DNA of 64,000 nucleotides from contig JAHLWR010000018.1 in assembly GCA_019057815.1 (NCBI GenBank), positions 11,328-75,327 of the forward strand, in the 5' to 3' direction. The translations under genes and the position numbers were made by a program. A model generated the notes under the pieces. It was given only the letters and a program-made list of their open reading frames with translations, did no database searches and had not been told where the DNA came from. Positions 9,663 to 19,417 of this stretch are shown piece by piece. Numbering within the stretch: position 1 is the first letter of the stretch; each line of letters begins with the position of its first letter. The DNA comes from Candidatus Heimdallarchaeota archaeon. GTDB lineage: Archaea; Asgardarchaeota; Heimdallarchaeia; Heimdallarchaeales; Heimdallarchaeaceae.

Positions 9663-10895
9663 ATGACAGAAGAAGATCCAAACACGACTAATCAAGACAT
9701 TGATATTGAATGGTCTGAAGAGGACATTAAACAATTAGCCTACTATATAAACAAAGTTGTAACTATTGGACCAATTTTAGAAATGGAGGCAAATGGAGAA
9801 ATCACGGTTGAAACCGCATCTAAAAGACCACCTGAAAAATCAGAAGAGGAACGTAAAAAAAGAACAAAAGAACTAAAAGAAGTAACTGTTGGTCTTGCAA
9901 AAGCGGTTACAGGTGAAGAAAAGAGAGAAGTAGAAGTAACAGTTGAAGATGATATAATAGGAGATATTATTGAAAAGGAAAAAATCCCCCTTCCTATTGA
10001 AGTTCCAATTCCTATGAAAATACCTAAACCAGAAGATAAAGTGGTAAAATCGGAAGAAGAACAAGATATAATTGCAGTAACCGAAAGTAAAGATATATCT
10101 GCTGAACTTCCTGATGCTGCTGATGAAATAGTGTCAGGTATAGAAACACATGATGAAATAGAAACGGACATCATTAGTGTTGAAACTGAGATTCAACTAG
10201 AGGAAAAGAGAGAGATTCAAGAAGCAGACAAAATTGTAGAACTAGAAGATAAAATTGAAGTAGACAAAATTGTAGAAACAGTAGCAGTGGAAGAAACAGT
10301 AGCAGTGGAAGAAACAATAGTAGTGGAAGAAAAAGTAGAAGAAGAAGAAATATATCAAATTCAAGAACAAATAGAACTACTTGAAACAGATGATTTATCT
10401 CAGACCATTGTACCATCTCCTGTTTTGGATGAGGAAGTTAAACTTCTCCCTGAAAATGTTCCTGAAGATATCCATGATATAATTTTCAAGGAAGAAACAG
10501 TAGCAGTGGAAGAAACAATAGCAGTGGAAGAAACAATAGCAGTGGAAGAAACAATAGCAGTGGAAGAAACAATAGCTGTGGAAGAAACAATAGCTGTGGA
10601 AGAAACAATAGCTGTGGAAGAAACAGTAGTAGCAGAAGAAACTACGGTTATAACATTAAGTGAAGAAGAGCTTAAACAACAAAGAAGAGATCAAATAATT
10701 CAACAAATGCTTTCAGATACCAAACAAAGAGAACAAGATGAGGGAATGGTAGTACGAGATATGGGGAAAACTGAAGGGAGAGCTTATTCTGCAGTTATAT
10801 TTGGAAAAGAATCTTCTAAAAATGTGAAAAAATGGAGAAAATGGGATAAAATAAGAGGAAAAGCTAATAAGAAGAAAAAAAAGAAAAAGAAATAA
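9663..10895 (+). CDS. Highly acidic low-complexity protein with EETIAV repeats and a polybasic C-terminus
   Basis: E/D/V/I-rich; ends KANKKKKKKKK. Confidence 0.8.
   Translation: MTEEDPNTTNQDIDIEWSEEDIKQLAYYINKVVTIGPILEMEANGEITVETASKRPPEKSEEERKKRTKELKEVTVGLAKAVTGEEKREVEVTVEDDIIGDIIEKEKIPLPIEVPIPMKIPKPEDKVVKSEEEQDIIAVTESKDISAELPDAADEIVSGIETHDEIETDIISVETEIQLEEKREIQEADKIVELEDKIEVDKIVETVAVEETVAVEETIVVEEKVEEEEIYQIQEQIELLETDDLSQTIVPSPVLDEEVKLLPENVPEDIHDIIFKEETVAVEETIAVEETIAVEETIAVEETIAVEETIAVEETIAVEETVVAEETTVITLSEEELKQQRRDQIIQQMLSDTKQREQDEGMVVRDMGKTEGRAYSAVIFGKESSKNVKKWRKWDKIRGKANKKKKKKKK
10491..10652 (+). repeat. Coding 18-bp minisatellite (GAAGAAACAATAGCWGTG; EETIAV), about 9 units; shorter array near 10275-10330
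   Basis: Read directly: 3 EETIAV units with GCA, then 3 with GCT, flanked by degenerate units. Confidence 0.95.
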
Positions 10896-11048
10896 CAATT
10901 ACAGATAAATTGTAACAAACATTTAAAATACATTTAAGTTCTTATAGAATCTAACAGAAAGTCTACTAAGAAATAAAAAATACTTAACTAGTTAACAAAT
11001 ATCGGTAAGAAAAACGTTCAGGATCGTAGTGATTCCATCTAATTTGAG

Positions 11049-12185
11049 TTGGTAAATTTGAGTCAGTTTGATTTACCCTGGGATAAATTTGTAGGATTTT
11101 GTTTATTTACATTAAATGAGGAATTAATATATGATAAAATAATAAATTTAAAGTCTGATTTCTCGACTATTTATCATTTGATTGACACAAGTGCAAAAAC
11201 TAGACAAGAACTCAAACAATCGGGGTCACTTACTTTAATAAATGATATTTTCAGGGTAGATTACAATCTCTTCTTTAACATTATTTTAAGCTGTATGTTC
11301 AAGCCTGATATTGATGAAAATATTGCAAATGAAATTATCAATATCGTAAAAAATAAAATGAAAGATCAGCTTAAAGATTATGGCGCTATTGAGAAGATGG
11401 AACCAGCATCTCAAACTGCTTTAGTGAAGAAATTAGGAAACTTGATAGCTGAAAGGGCATCAAATCAGATGAAATTCGAATTTTATCCAAGTAAAAAACC
11501 AACTTTTGTGGAAGATAAAGATATTGAGCGAGACAGTTTTGGAAGACCAAGATCTTCACTTGCACCCACACATACAGCAGTAACCCAGAAGGTTCAAAAA
11601 GAAACACCTGTTTCCCAAGCACCTCCTATTAGCCCAAGTACTACAGAAACTCAACCAAGTCCCGTAACTACAGAACCTTCACCAGCAGAAGTTCCATCAC
11701 AAGAACAAGCTGGTAATGTTGAAGGTTTGCTAGAGTTTATAGGATTTAAGGCTGAAAAATCAGAAGAAAAAAAAGAGGATACCAAAGTTGAATTAACAAA
11801 AAAGCTTTTAGAGGAGACAAAAAAACAAGCATTGCAAAAACTTCTTTCATCCGTCAATAAAGGATTATCCCAAAAAACTGGTGTTTGTTTTGTTTCAACA
11901 GGAGATAAAGGAGTCCTTGAAACATTAACTTTTGGAATGTCAGAAAAACATGCAACCTTTGTACTAGGAATCCTTTCGAAATATCCAGAAGTTGTCAAAC
12001 AAACGCTTGAACAACAAGGAGAAGAAAAAACACTAGATGCAGGAGATGGTGTTGTTATCTTGGAAGAAACAGATGTAGGTATGCTAGTTAGCATAACAAA
12101 AGAGAGAGAAGAAATTCCTATAATTGCGAAACGGTTGAAGGTTGTAAAAACATTGATTGACGAATTTCTGAAGGCTGATTTTTAA
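11049..12185 (+). CDS. Putative longin-like domain, Pro/Thr/Ser-rich linker and roadblock-like domain
   Basis: N-terminal beta-beta-alpha-beta-beta-beta-alpha-alpha pattern; C-terminal ILSKYPEVV..KTLDAG.GVVILEE..MLVSI shared with paralogs. Confidence 0.6.
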   Translation: MVNLSQFDLPWDKFVGFCLFTLNEELIYDKIINLKSDFSTIYHLIDTSAKTRQELKQSGSLTLINDIFRVDYNLFFNIILSCMFKPDIDENIANEIINIVKNKMKDQLKDYGAIEKMEPASQTALVKKLGNLIAERASNQMKFEFYPSKKPTFVEDKDIERDSFGRPRSSLAPTHTAVTQKVQKETPVSQAPPISPSTTETQPSPVTTEPSPAEVPSQEQAGNVEGLLEFIGFKAEKSEEKKEDTKVELTKKLLEETKKQALQKLLSSVNKGLSQKTGVCFVSTGDKGVLETLTFGMSEKHATFVLGILSKYPEVVKQTLEQQGEEKTLDAGDGVVILEETDVGMLVSITKEREEIPIIAKRLKVVKTLIDEFLKADF

Positions 12186-12251
12186 TCTTCATTAATTACC
12201 TACCACTTTGTATTCCAAATATATTTTTAATATACTGTTTTAATTTCTTTT

Positions 12252-12896
12252 GTGAAAAACTTTGCTTTTGAAGAAAAAAAGAAAAGGAATTATTTCAAAA
12301 GAGAGTTTTCAAGTAAAACAAGAAATTTCCTCAATCTTTTTGACTCTTTAATAGAAGTTATGCAAAAAGAAGGTTACAAAATCCTGAAAGATGAGAGAGA
12401 TTCAAATAAATTACTGTTTTCAAAAAATAGATTCAACCAGCATTGGATTGAACTAAGTGATAAACAGTCACTAAATCTATATGATATAGAAGTGTGGAAA
12501 AAAACTACTTCTCTTTCACTTCATCTTTCAGAGTGGTTAACTCAAACTTTCCTGCGTATGAAAAGAGGATTGTGGGTTCTTTTACTTCTTATTCCAAGTA
12601 TAATCATTCCTACATACTTCTCAATACGTTCCAATTCATCGTATGTTAGAATATTAGGTATAGTTATAGCTTCAGTAGGTTTAGGTTCAGTCTTCATTTA
12701 TACAGGATTAAATAATTTATACAAAAAACGAAAAAGATGTAGAAAAGAATACATAGAGAAACTTTTGGACAAAATTATCGCACTAATTTCAGTATTTACC
12801 GACGACTTGCGGGATGAATTAAGATGTTGGAAATGTTTCCAAAGTGTACATAAAGATAACAAAAAATGTCCGAACTGCGGTTCAAAACTGAAATGA
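12252..12896 (+). CDS. Two-TM membrane protein with C-terminal zinc ribbon
   Basis: Two hydrophobic helices; CWKC...CPNC. Confidence 0.75.
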   Translation: MKNFAFEEKKKRNYFKREFSSKTRNFLNLFDSLIEVMQKEGYKILKDERDSNKLLFSKNRFNQHWIELSDKQSLNLYDIEVWKKTTSLSLHLSEWLTQTFLRMKRGLWVLLLLIPSIIIPTYFSIRSNSSYVRILGIVIASVGLGSVFIYTGLNNLYKKRKRCRKEYIEKLLDKIIALISVFTDDLRDELRCWKCFQSVHKDNKKCPNCGSKLK

Positions 12897-12951
12897 ACTA
12901 CCGTTACCAAAGTAAGGAAAGTGACTTTTGCTTAATTCAGTCAAAGAAATA

Positions 12952-13533
12952 TTAGGTTTCCTCCAATGTTAAAGTATTATCAATAACAACATTCTGCACA
13001 TGTCTAAGTTTTCTTGCTAATTCATCAACATCATTCTGTTTTTTCACAATCCCTACAAGATAATTATCTTCTTGGCAGTTCTCCAATACAACGTAACCGA
13101 TACCTGTATCAAGGACTTTAACCATATCCTCAGATCCAAGTAGATCGTTGATAACAGGTGGATATTTTCTAAAAATCGATAGAATCTTCTTTACAGAATC
13201 TCTATTTAGTGGCCCTCGGACTAAATATCCTTTTTCTTTGCTTTCTGGGTGGGGAACTAAAGCTGCAGCCGATAGCGAATTAAGTTCATCAGAAATGCTA
13301 TCAAGTAATGCATCGATTGTCATTTTTACAGCTTCCTTAACAGAATCTAGTGTGGATGTTTGTCTCAAGAAATCTCGGAGATACTGCCCTGATTTAATTT
13401 TACGCTTAGCTATGTTCAATGTTTCATATGCAATATCTTCCATTTCACAAAATGGATCCTTCTTCTTAGACTTTCTTTTCCTTGACGTTATTTTTCCTTT
13501 TTGTGAATCTAAAGAGGAATTAGCTGGATTCAT
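12952..13533 (-). CDS. Protein with divergent roadblock-like C-terminal domain (paralog of the 11049 and 13576 C-termini)
   Basis: SAAALV..ILSIFRKYPPVI..VKVLDTG.GYVVLEN..YLVGIV..LARKLRHV. Confidence 0.6.
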   Translation of the reverse strand: MNPANSSLDSQKGKITSRKRKSKKKDPFCEMEDIAYETLNIAKRKIKSGQYLRDFLRQTSTLDSVKEAVKMTIDALLDSISDELNSLSAAALVPHPESKEKGYLVRGPLNRDSVKKILSIFRKYPPVINDLLGSEDMVKVLDTGIGYVVLENCQEDNYLVGIVKKQNDVDELARKLRHVQNVVIDNTLTLEET

Positions 13534-13575
13534 TTATTTCATTCTATAATTATGAGGTAGAATCTAAAAAACCTT

Positions 13576-14637
13576 TTGTTCATGATTTTAATTATTATAT
13601 ACATTTTTTCTTGGATGAATGGCACGTGTATAATTCCAAATAATTTATTAGAAAAAAGGTTTTATCATAAAATGGTAATAAATCTTATGCTTTTTCCTAG
13701 TATTGACATTAATCCACTGGCTGCCGTTGTAATCTATGATATCAAGGGTTTAATCATTTATCAACTCGAGAATATGATTAGTGAAAATGAAAATAGACAG
13801 ATTGATCAATTATTCATTCAACCATTAGAATTTAATGATTGGGTACGAAGATACAAAGAGATCACAATATTCAGAGGAGCATTTCGAGCAACTTATATAA
13901 CATTCCTTGATGTCACTGTCTTGTTTGTATCTAGGATAAACAACATTGCACCTGAGATTAGACCAATAATTAACAAATTTGTTTATCTACTCGGAAGGAA
14001 AGTTTTATTGAATTTGGAAAAAGAAAATAAAACAGAATTGGGCTTTTTTACAATTAGGGCTATAACTCAACCAGAAGCTGTAAAAACAGAAATATTTAGT
14101 GTCTTTTCTCGCTTAGGTATAGATAGAATGACACCCCCAACGCCCATTATACAAAAAGAAGCAGTAAAGGAATTAATTGAAGGTCAAGTTAAAACTTTCG
14201 AAAGTATAAAACCGTTTGAAAGTGTTCCTCAGATACCAGTGTCAGAGATGACACAAGAGATTCTAGATGATGCAATAAAGAGAGCTGCAACATCACTATT
14301 ATTTTCATCTATCAGATCATGTGAATCTCAATCAGCGGCAGCTTTTATTTTTCCCAAAGAAGATGGTGCTATTGGAGAACTTTACGCTGGTAATTTAGAA
14401 GAAAAGAAAATTGTTTTTGTTCTTGAAACTATTAGTAAATTCCCAAGAGTCATAAATGAAATGATTCATTCAAAGGATAATATCAAAGTGCTAAATGCTG
14501 AGGTTGTACAAATTATTGTTGAAGAATGCTATGATGGACGAATATTAATAGGTATGACTACGAATGTAAGTGATGTCATAAATGTAGCCTATAAATTTAA
14601 GATAATTAAAATAGTTTTCAAGAATATGGGATTGTAA
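13576..14637 (+). CDS. Putative longin-like domain, linker and roadblock-like domain (true start likely 13672 or 13687)
   Basis: LAAVVIYDIKGLIIYQ...FRATYITFLDVTVLFV matches 11049 FRVDYNLFFNIILSC; C-terminal SAAAFIF..VLETISKFPRVI..IKVLNA..IIVEE..ILIGM. Confidence 0.6.
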   Translation: MFMILIIIYIFSWMNGTCIIPNNLLEKRFYHKMVINLMLFPSIDINPLAAVVIYDIKGLIIYQLENMISENENRQIDQLFIQPLEFNDWVRRYKEITIFRGAFRATYITFLDVTVLFVSRINNIAPEIRPIINKFVYLLGRKVLLNLEKENKTELGFFTIRAITQPEAVKTEIFSVFSRLGIDRMTPPTPIIQKEAVKELIEGQVKTFESIKPFESVPQIPVSEMTQEILDDAIKRAATSLLFSSIRSCESQSAAAFIFPKEDGAIGELYAGNLEEKKIVFVLETISKFPRVINEMIHSKDNIKVLNAEVVQIIVEECYDGRILIGMTTNVSDVINVAYKFKIIKIVFKNMGL

Positions 14638-14697
14638 AATATTAAGATTTCACTATCATTATAACAACTATTTTATATATCACAAATTGTTTTTTGG

Positions 14698-15276
14698 TTG
14701 AACATTATGGCATTACCTACAAGATTTTGGACTACTTCTGGTGTAGGGGAATCAGATTTTTCTGAATTAGATGCTATTGACCAAGCTCTTATAAAATCAG
14801 GAATTGGATATCAAAATTCTATTCCAGTTTCATCTGTACCTCCTGGTGAAGAAATATTTCCTAAAATTGATTCCAAAATAGGTTTAACACATGTCTTTAT
14901 AGACAATCACTGGGAATTACTTCCTATAAGCTCAACAATTCATACTGTAAAAGCTATTAATACAGGTGTGAAAGGAGACTTATTAGTTAGTGCAATAGCT
15001 CTAGCCAAAGTCAAGCTTGTTTCTAGTGAAAAACCTATTGAGTTTGTTCTAGCGTATGAAAATATAGGAAATGAACTCGATGTAACAACTGAGTACGCAA
15101 TAAAGGGAGTGGAAAAATTAGTCAATAAACGTCATCTCATTGTTGATACTTCTTGGGGAGAATCAGGCTACAAAACTGTTATCTCAAGCTTAGAAGTTAA
15201 GTTAGAATTCGGTTGTTCAGCTGTTTTTGTAGTTTTTGACCCTTTTACTTATAAGTATAAACTTGTTACTTCCTAA
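14698..15276 (+). CDS. pdaD: Pyruvoyl-dependent arginine decarboxylase family protein
   Basis: TSGVGES..ELDAIDQAL..SGIG..N.IPVSSV.P, with the Ser-Ser autocleavage site. Confidence 0.75.
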   Translation: MNIMALPTRFWTTSGVGESDFSELDAIDQALIKSGIGYQNSIPVSSVPPGEEIFPKIDSKIGLTHVFIDNHWELLPISSTIHTVKAINTGVKGDLLVSAIALAKVKLVSSEKPIEFVLAYENIGNELDVTTEYAIKGVEKLVNKRHLIVDTSWGESGYKTVISSLEVKLEFGCSAVFVVFDPFTYKYKLVTS

Positions 15277-15355
15277 TGTATATTGTAGTATAAGACAAAA
15301 AGAATAAAATATAGATGTCAAATACATCATCCAAGCACCGTAAAAGTGAAGAGAA

Positions 15356-17218
15356 ATGAACCATAAAAAACTACTATCCTTATATTTGTTAATAATTATG
15401 ACACTAGCTTTTGTAATAGGTATAATTCCAAGTAACATTGTTAAAGGAGAAACATCATCAGCTCCAAAGTTTGAGAGTTTGGAAGCAGATGATAATCCTG
15501 TAGGCAATCAAATTTCATTTTCTAATGGAACTATAATATCAGTTGAATACTCTGTCGACCGATATGCTGGAATTGATGGAGTGCTAATTATAGGACAAGG
15601 ATCAAATCTAACAGAAATAGTTGAAAACGCTTTATCACTAAACTTTTCCTCTTCATTTAGAGATAGATCGTACTATACAGGTTCATTTAATTTAACGGAA
15701 AATACATATTTCAAAGGATATTCATATGTTGGTCTGGAAACAAACGGTACAGAAGAAGAAGTGGAAATATTCAATCACCTCGGTTCATGGCATTATCTCT
15801 ATGTTTCAGATAATGAAGGAGAAATACTTCCTCCAGAGATGTATACAAAACCAGTAAATACATCAAATACGGATAAACAAGGAGTTTATTACACTCATAC
15901 TGACCAAGAAATTACTTTCTATTATCAAATTCACAATGGTGATGAGAATGACTCAGTAACTCTTGTCCTTTCAACTCATAAAGAAAAAATAACGAATGGT
16001 ATTTTAACAGAATTTGATGAAGATGTAACTTTTATTCAGATGGAATACGATAATTTTACAGATACTTCTTCAGGAGATCCTATTTTCCAACATACCTTAA
16101 ATTTCACTTATAGAACATTATACTTTACAGCAAATAATTCATATGGCTGGGATTCCTGGTCTAATGATGTTTTAACAACAAATATAAACATTTACGAAAT
16201 CAATAACGGATTCTATTTCGAGTCAGAACCTTCGATAGATGACCAAAAATATACTGATATTGATGATGTAGAGTTCACAATTAAAGCTTACAATTCAACA
16301 ACAAATGAAACCTATGGTATCAGTTATTATGTTGTTGAGAGCGCAGATAATGATACAAGAATTGTAGAATGGACAGAAATTAATGGAACTTTTACCACAG
16401 AGTATAATGAGACGGTAACTGAAGATTACAACACAACTGTAAGAGAATATAATTGTAGTTTAGGAATATTTAACGCTAACAACATTATCTACTATGAAAG
16501 TTACAATATTTATTCTAATGAGTACTATAATGAAACAAGCGGTATTTACCACAAATTGCTTATTTATGACTCTCGTCCTCAACTATCCCTTTACCCCTAT
16601 AATCAGGCATATACAAACAATCCAAGTGTGACATTCACTTATGAAATTGAACTTGTTAGAGGAAATATTACAGAAATCCTACTTGATTTTGGTGATGGAA
16701 GTCCAATTGCCAATTTAACAGATGATGAAGATAATTCAACAACACATGAATACAGTGCAACAACTAAGTCTTATAATATAACTTTAACAGTGACCTGCTC
16801 ACTTGGCACAAACAATACAATTACTCATCTATTAACTCTTGACATTGAAAATCCTGTAGTTAATATCATCAGCCCAACAACAAATAGCACAGTAAGTTAT
16901 AATGGATACGTTGAAATGTACTTCGAGTGGGATGATAATTTAGGTATCAGGAAAGTATGGGTAGACTGGGGTGATGGAACAGTATGGAATGCTACTGGAG
17001 ACAATTTTGCATCACATATTTATGCTAATAATGGAACCTATGAAGCAACAATAATGGTTGAAGATTTAGCAGGAAACATATCAAACAAAACAATTATCTT
17101 TTCTATATATATCGTAACATCAACCTACTCAGAACCGACGCCACTTGCAACTTTTACTGTAATCACAGCTATCTCAGTAATTGCATATTTTGGAAATAAA
17201 AAGAGAAGAGATAACTAA
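15356..17218 (+). CDS. Cell-surface glycoprotein with PKD/Ig-like domains and C-terminal membrane anchor
   Basis: Signal peptide; LDFGDGS and VDWGDGT PKD motifs; many NxS/T sequons; C-terminal TM followed by KKRR. Confidence 0.8.
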   Translation: MNHKKLLSLYLLIIMTLAFVIGIIPSNIVKGETSSAPKFESLEADDNPVGNQISFSNGTIISVEYSVDRYAGIDGVLIIGQGSNLTEIVENALSLNFSSSFRDRSYYTGSFNLTENTYFKGYSYVGLETNGTEEEVEIFNHLGSWHYLYVSDNEGEILPPEMYTKPVNTSNTDKQGVYYTHTDQEITFYYQIHNGDENDSVTLVLSTHKEKITNGILTEFDEDVTFIQMEYDNFTDTSSGDPIFQHTLNFTYRTLYFTANNSYGWDSWSNDVLTTNINIYEINNGFYFESEPSIDDQKYTDIDDVEFTIKAYNSTTNETYGISYYVVESADNDTRIVEWTEINGTFTTEYNETVTEDYNTTVREYNCSLGIFNANNIIYYESYNIYSNEYYNETSGIYHKLLIYDSRPQLSLYPYNQAYTNNPSVTFTYEIELVRGNITEILLDFGDGSPIANLTDDEDNSTTHEYSATTKSYNITLTVTCSLGTNNTITHLLTLDIENPVVNIISPTTNSTVSYNGYVEMYFEWDDNLGIRKVWVDWGDGTVWNATGDNFASHIYANNGTYEATIMVEDLAGNISNKTIIFSIYIVTSTYSEPTPLATFTVITAISVIAYFGNKKRRDN

Positions 17219-17278
17219 ATTTCTTCTTACACTTTATTTTCAATTGTTTTATTGAATGGTTAGGTATGAGTTTACTCT

Positions 17279-19186
17279 TTAAGATGAAAAGAACAAATCT
17301 AAAGAGTAACTTTTTTGTTCTTCTGCTCTTAAAGGAGGTATTTTCATTTGAAGAGTAAGATACTTTCCATAGAAACTAGATTTAATATTCCATTTGATTG
17401 AAGATGGCAGCTTGATGTTGACTCTATAGTTTGCCTTCTTATTCGATATCTCTATATCACAGCCTTCTTTTTCATTAATGACGAAGCTGTGAGTGATATC
17501 ATCTTGAGTTGTCAACATATCATGATATAAACAAATATTGAGTTTAGATAAGCTATAGAGAATCATTTCTCCTTCAGTAGCATTATTACCAATATTCTTA
17601 AAGTCGTATTTGATGTTAATACGCTTAGAATTGGAGTAGAGTGTGTATGTTTTTTCAAGCAGAATATTATGAACAGTAAAACAAGAGAAAGTGATAGCTG
17701 TACCTGTTTCATTCATCACATATCCATTATTGTACCACTCATGGAATAGATTAAATTGTCCCAATTGTCTTTTAGAGATAATGTCATGCATTAAACCATA
17801 ATCTGGTTCTTGAGTAAAAGGATTGGTGATAAGAGAAGGAGAAGGAGTCATCGTAACAACTTTACCTTCTTCTAAATCAATAATATTGCTTAGAACTCCA
17901 CCTTTAGTCTCAAAAGAACAAAAAAGATTTCCTTCTTTATAAGCTAATTGAGAAAATCGTTTCGATTTGAAGCTGAATTGAGGGGTTGAATTTTGTTGGC
18001 TAGCATTAACCCACATTTCAAGTATTTTACCCACTAGATTTAGATGATTAATGCTATCCCAAATAGAAACAAGTTTTGAGAAATTTACATTTTTAATATA
18101 TTCACCGAAAATTGGAAAGCAAAAATTGTGTAGAGTGGTTAAAAAGAAATTACATGTATATGAAATTAAACTATCAAATGGTTTCTTGAAGCGCTCTTGA
18201 ATAATATCAGTTAGCTTCTCTATACTTTTTAAAGAAATCATTCCTTTCTCAAACAGGGAAACAAAATAATCACAAGTTGATGATTTGTATTCAAATTCTC
18301 TTTTTTCCTTTAGATATGATAATTCATAGGGAAGAGCAGAAGGAATTTCCAATTCTTCTATAGAATCTAGAGTATTAGGAATCTCAGAAGGTTTAATATG
18401 TTTTATAGGAAGTTCAGCCAAAACATATGTCCCATTAAAAAAATTATCAAAATCAAATTCTGTTGGAAATTTAGGGAACTTTAAATCATTGAAATCTAGA
18501 GTCATTAGAGCTACTATATCCTCATCACCTTCTTCTGAATAATTTAATGCTTGTTGAGCAAAACCAATGAAATTTTTAAATTGTCCTGACTTGAGATATT
18601 TTGAAAAACGATCAGGGAATAGAGAGAAACCACTATGAAAGTTAAAAGAGGGTATAGCAATAATTTCACTGTTTTTTAATTTGTAGGGTCTAATATTGTC
18701 CTTTGAAGGAATTAAAACAGGTTTGGCAGCTAATGCTTGTTCTATTATATACCAGTCCATGATAATATACTCGCACTTGAAGTCCTCTAAAATGCTAATA
18801 ACTCTATCATCCCAGATCCCAAAAGGAGGATAAAATCCCTTAATATATTTCTCTGGGTAGATTTCCCTTAAATGTTGAAAAGAACTTTTCATTTGATAAC
18901 TTAGATATTCAAGTTCATTAGGAGAAAAAGTAGGTACATAGTTTGAATAAAACGAGTCAGATAATTCAAAATTCTTGGTTAAACATAGCTTTGAAACATC
19001 TTTTATGAAGGGTTCTTTATCCCATAAATTTGAAAAGAGAAAGAGAGAATTCATCGAAACTGTGCCACACAATTGAGGATTAGATTTAAACCACATCAAC
19101 ACTTGATCACATAGATTTCGCAAATCCTCTGTTATTGGCTCTAGAAACCAAGAGAAATTATAATGGGTTGACATATAGAATGTCAT
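17279..19186 (-). CDS. Divergent GH57-like protein (4-alpha-glucanotransferase/amylase fold), probably lacking the catalytic nucleophile
   Basis: GFYPPFGIWDDRVISIL...YIIMD aligns with GH57 GxWxPExxW; C-terminal beta-sandwich-like region (GGVLSNI, LLEKTYTL, INIKY). Confidence 0.55.
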   Translation of the reverse strand: MTFYMSTHYNFSWFLEPITEDLRNLCDQVLMWFKSNPQLCGTVSMNSLFLFSNLWDKEPFIKDVSKLCLTKNFELSDSFYSNYVPTFSPNELEYLSYQMKSSFQHLREIYPEKYIKGFYPPFGIWDDRVISILEDFKCEYIIMDWYIIEQALAAKPVLIPSKDNIRPYKLKNSEIIAIPSFNFHSGFSLFPDRFSKYLKSGQFKNFIGFAQQALNYSEEGDEDIVALMTLDFNDLKFPKFPTEFDFDNFFNGTYVLAELPIKHIKPSEIPNTLDSIEELEIPSALPYELSYLKEKREFEYKSSTCDYFVSLFEKGMISLKSIEKLTDIIQERFKKPFDSLISYTCNFFLTTLHNFCFPIFGEYIKNVNFSKLVSIWDSINHLNLVGKILEMWVNASQQNSTPQFSFKSKRFSQLAYKEGNLFCSFETKGGVLSNIIDLEEGKVVTMTPSPSLITNPFTQEPDYGLMHDIISKRQLGQFNLFHEWYNNGYVMNETGTAITFSCFTVHNILLEKTYTLYSNSKRINIKYDFKNIGNNATEGEMILYSLSKLNICLYHDMLTTQDDITHSFVINEKEGCDIEISNKKANYRVNIKLPSSIKWNIKSSFYGKYLTLQMKIPPLRAEEQKSYSLDLFFSS

Positions 19187-19360
19187 TAGGATAGAGTAAT
19201 TTTTCTAATTTAAAACAGCTTCCTTTATAATAATTGAGCACCTAGTTCATTTAAAACAAACTTAAGTATAAAACATAATAATTAACTAAATATAGAAACT
19301 AAATTCTCTTATTACAAAGCGTATAGCTGGTAAATTTTGAAAATAATGTAAAAAGATACC

Positions 19361-19368
19361 TTTAAATA
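19361..19368 (+). promoter_or_regulatory. TATA box (TTTAAATA) with purine-rich BRE upstream of tfb
   Basis: AAAAGATACC-TTTAAATA about 50 nt upstream of the start; the same octamer occurs at 32522 and 35005. Confidence 0.6.
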
Positions 19369-19417
19369 CCAGAATGCACAATGTTTTATTAACCACTTGA
19401 GTAGTAACTTTATGTGA

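Noticed and set aside
9428-10652. Tandem repeats considered as CRISPR arrays
   Set aside because: No spacers, units too short, one array is in-frame coding, and no cas genes are present
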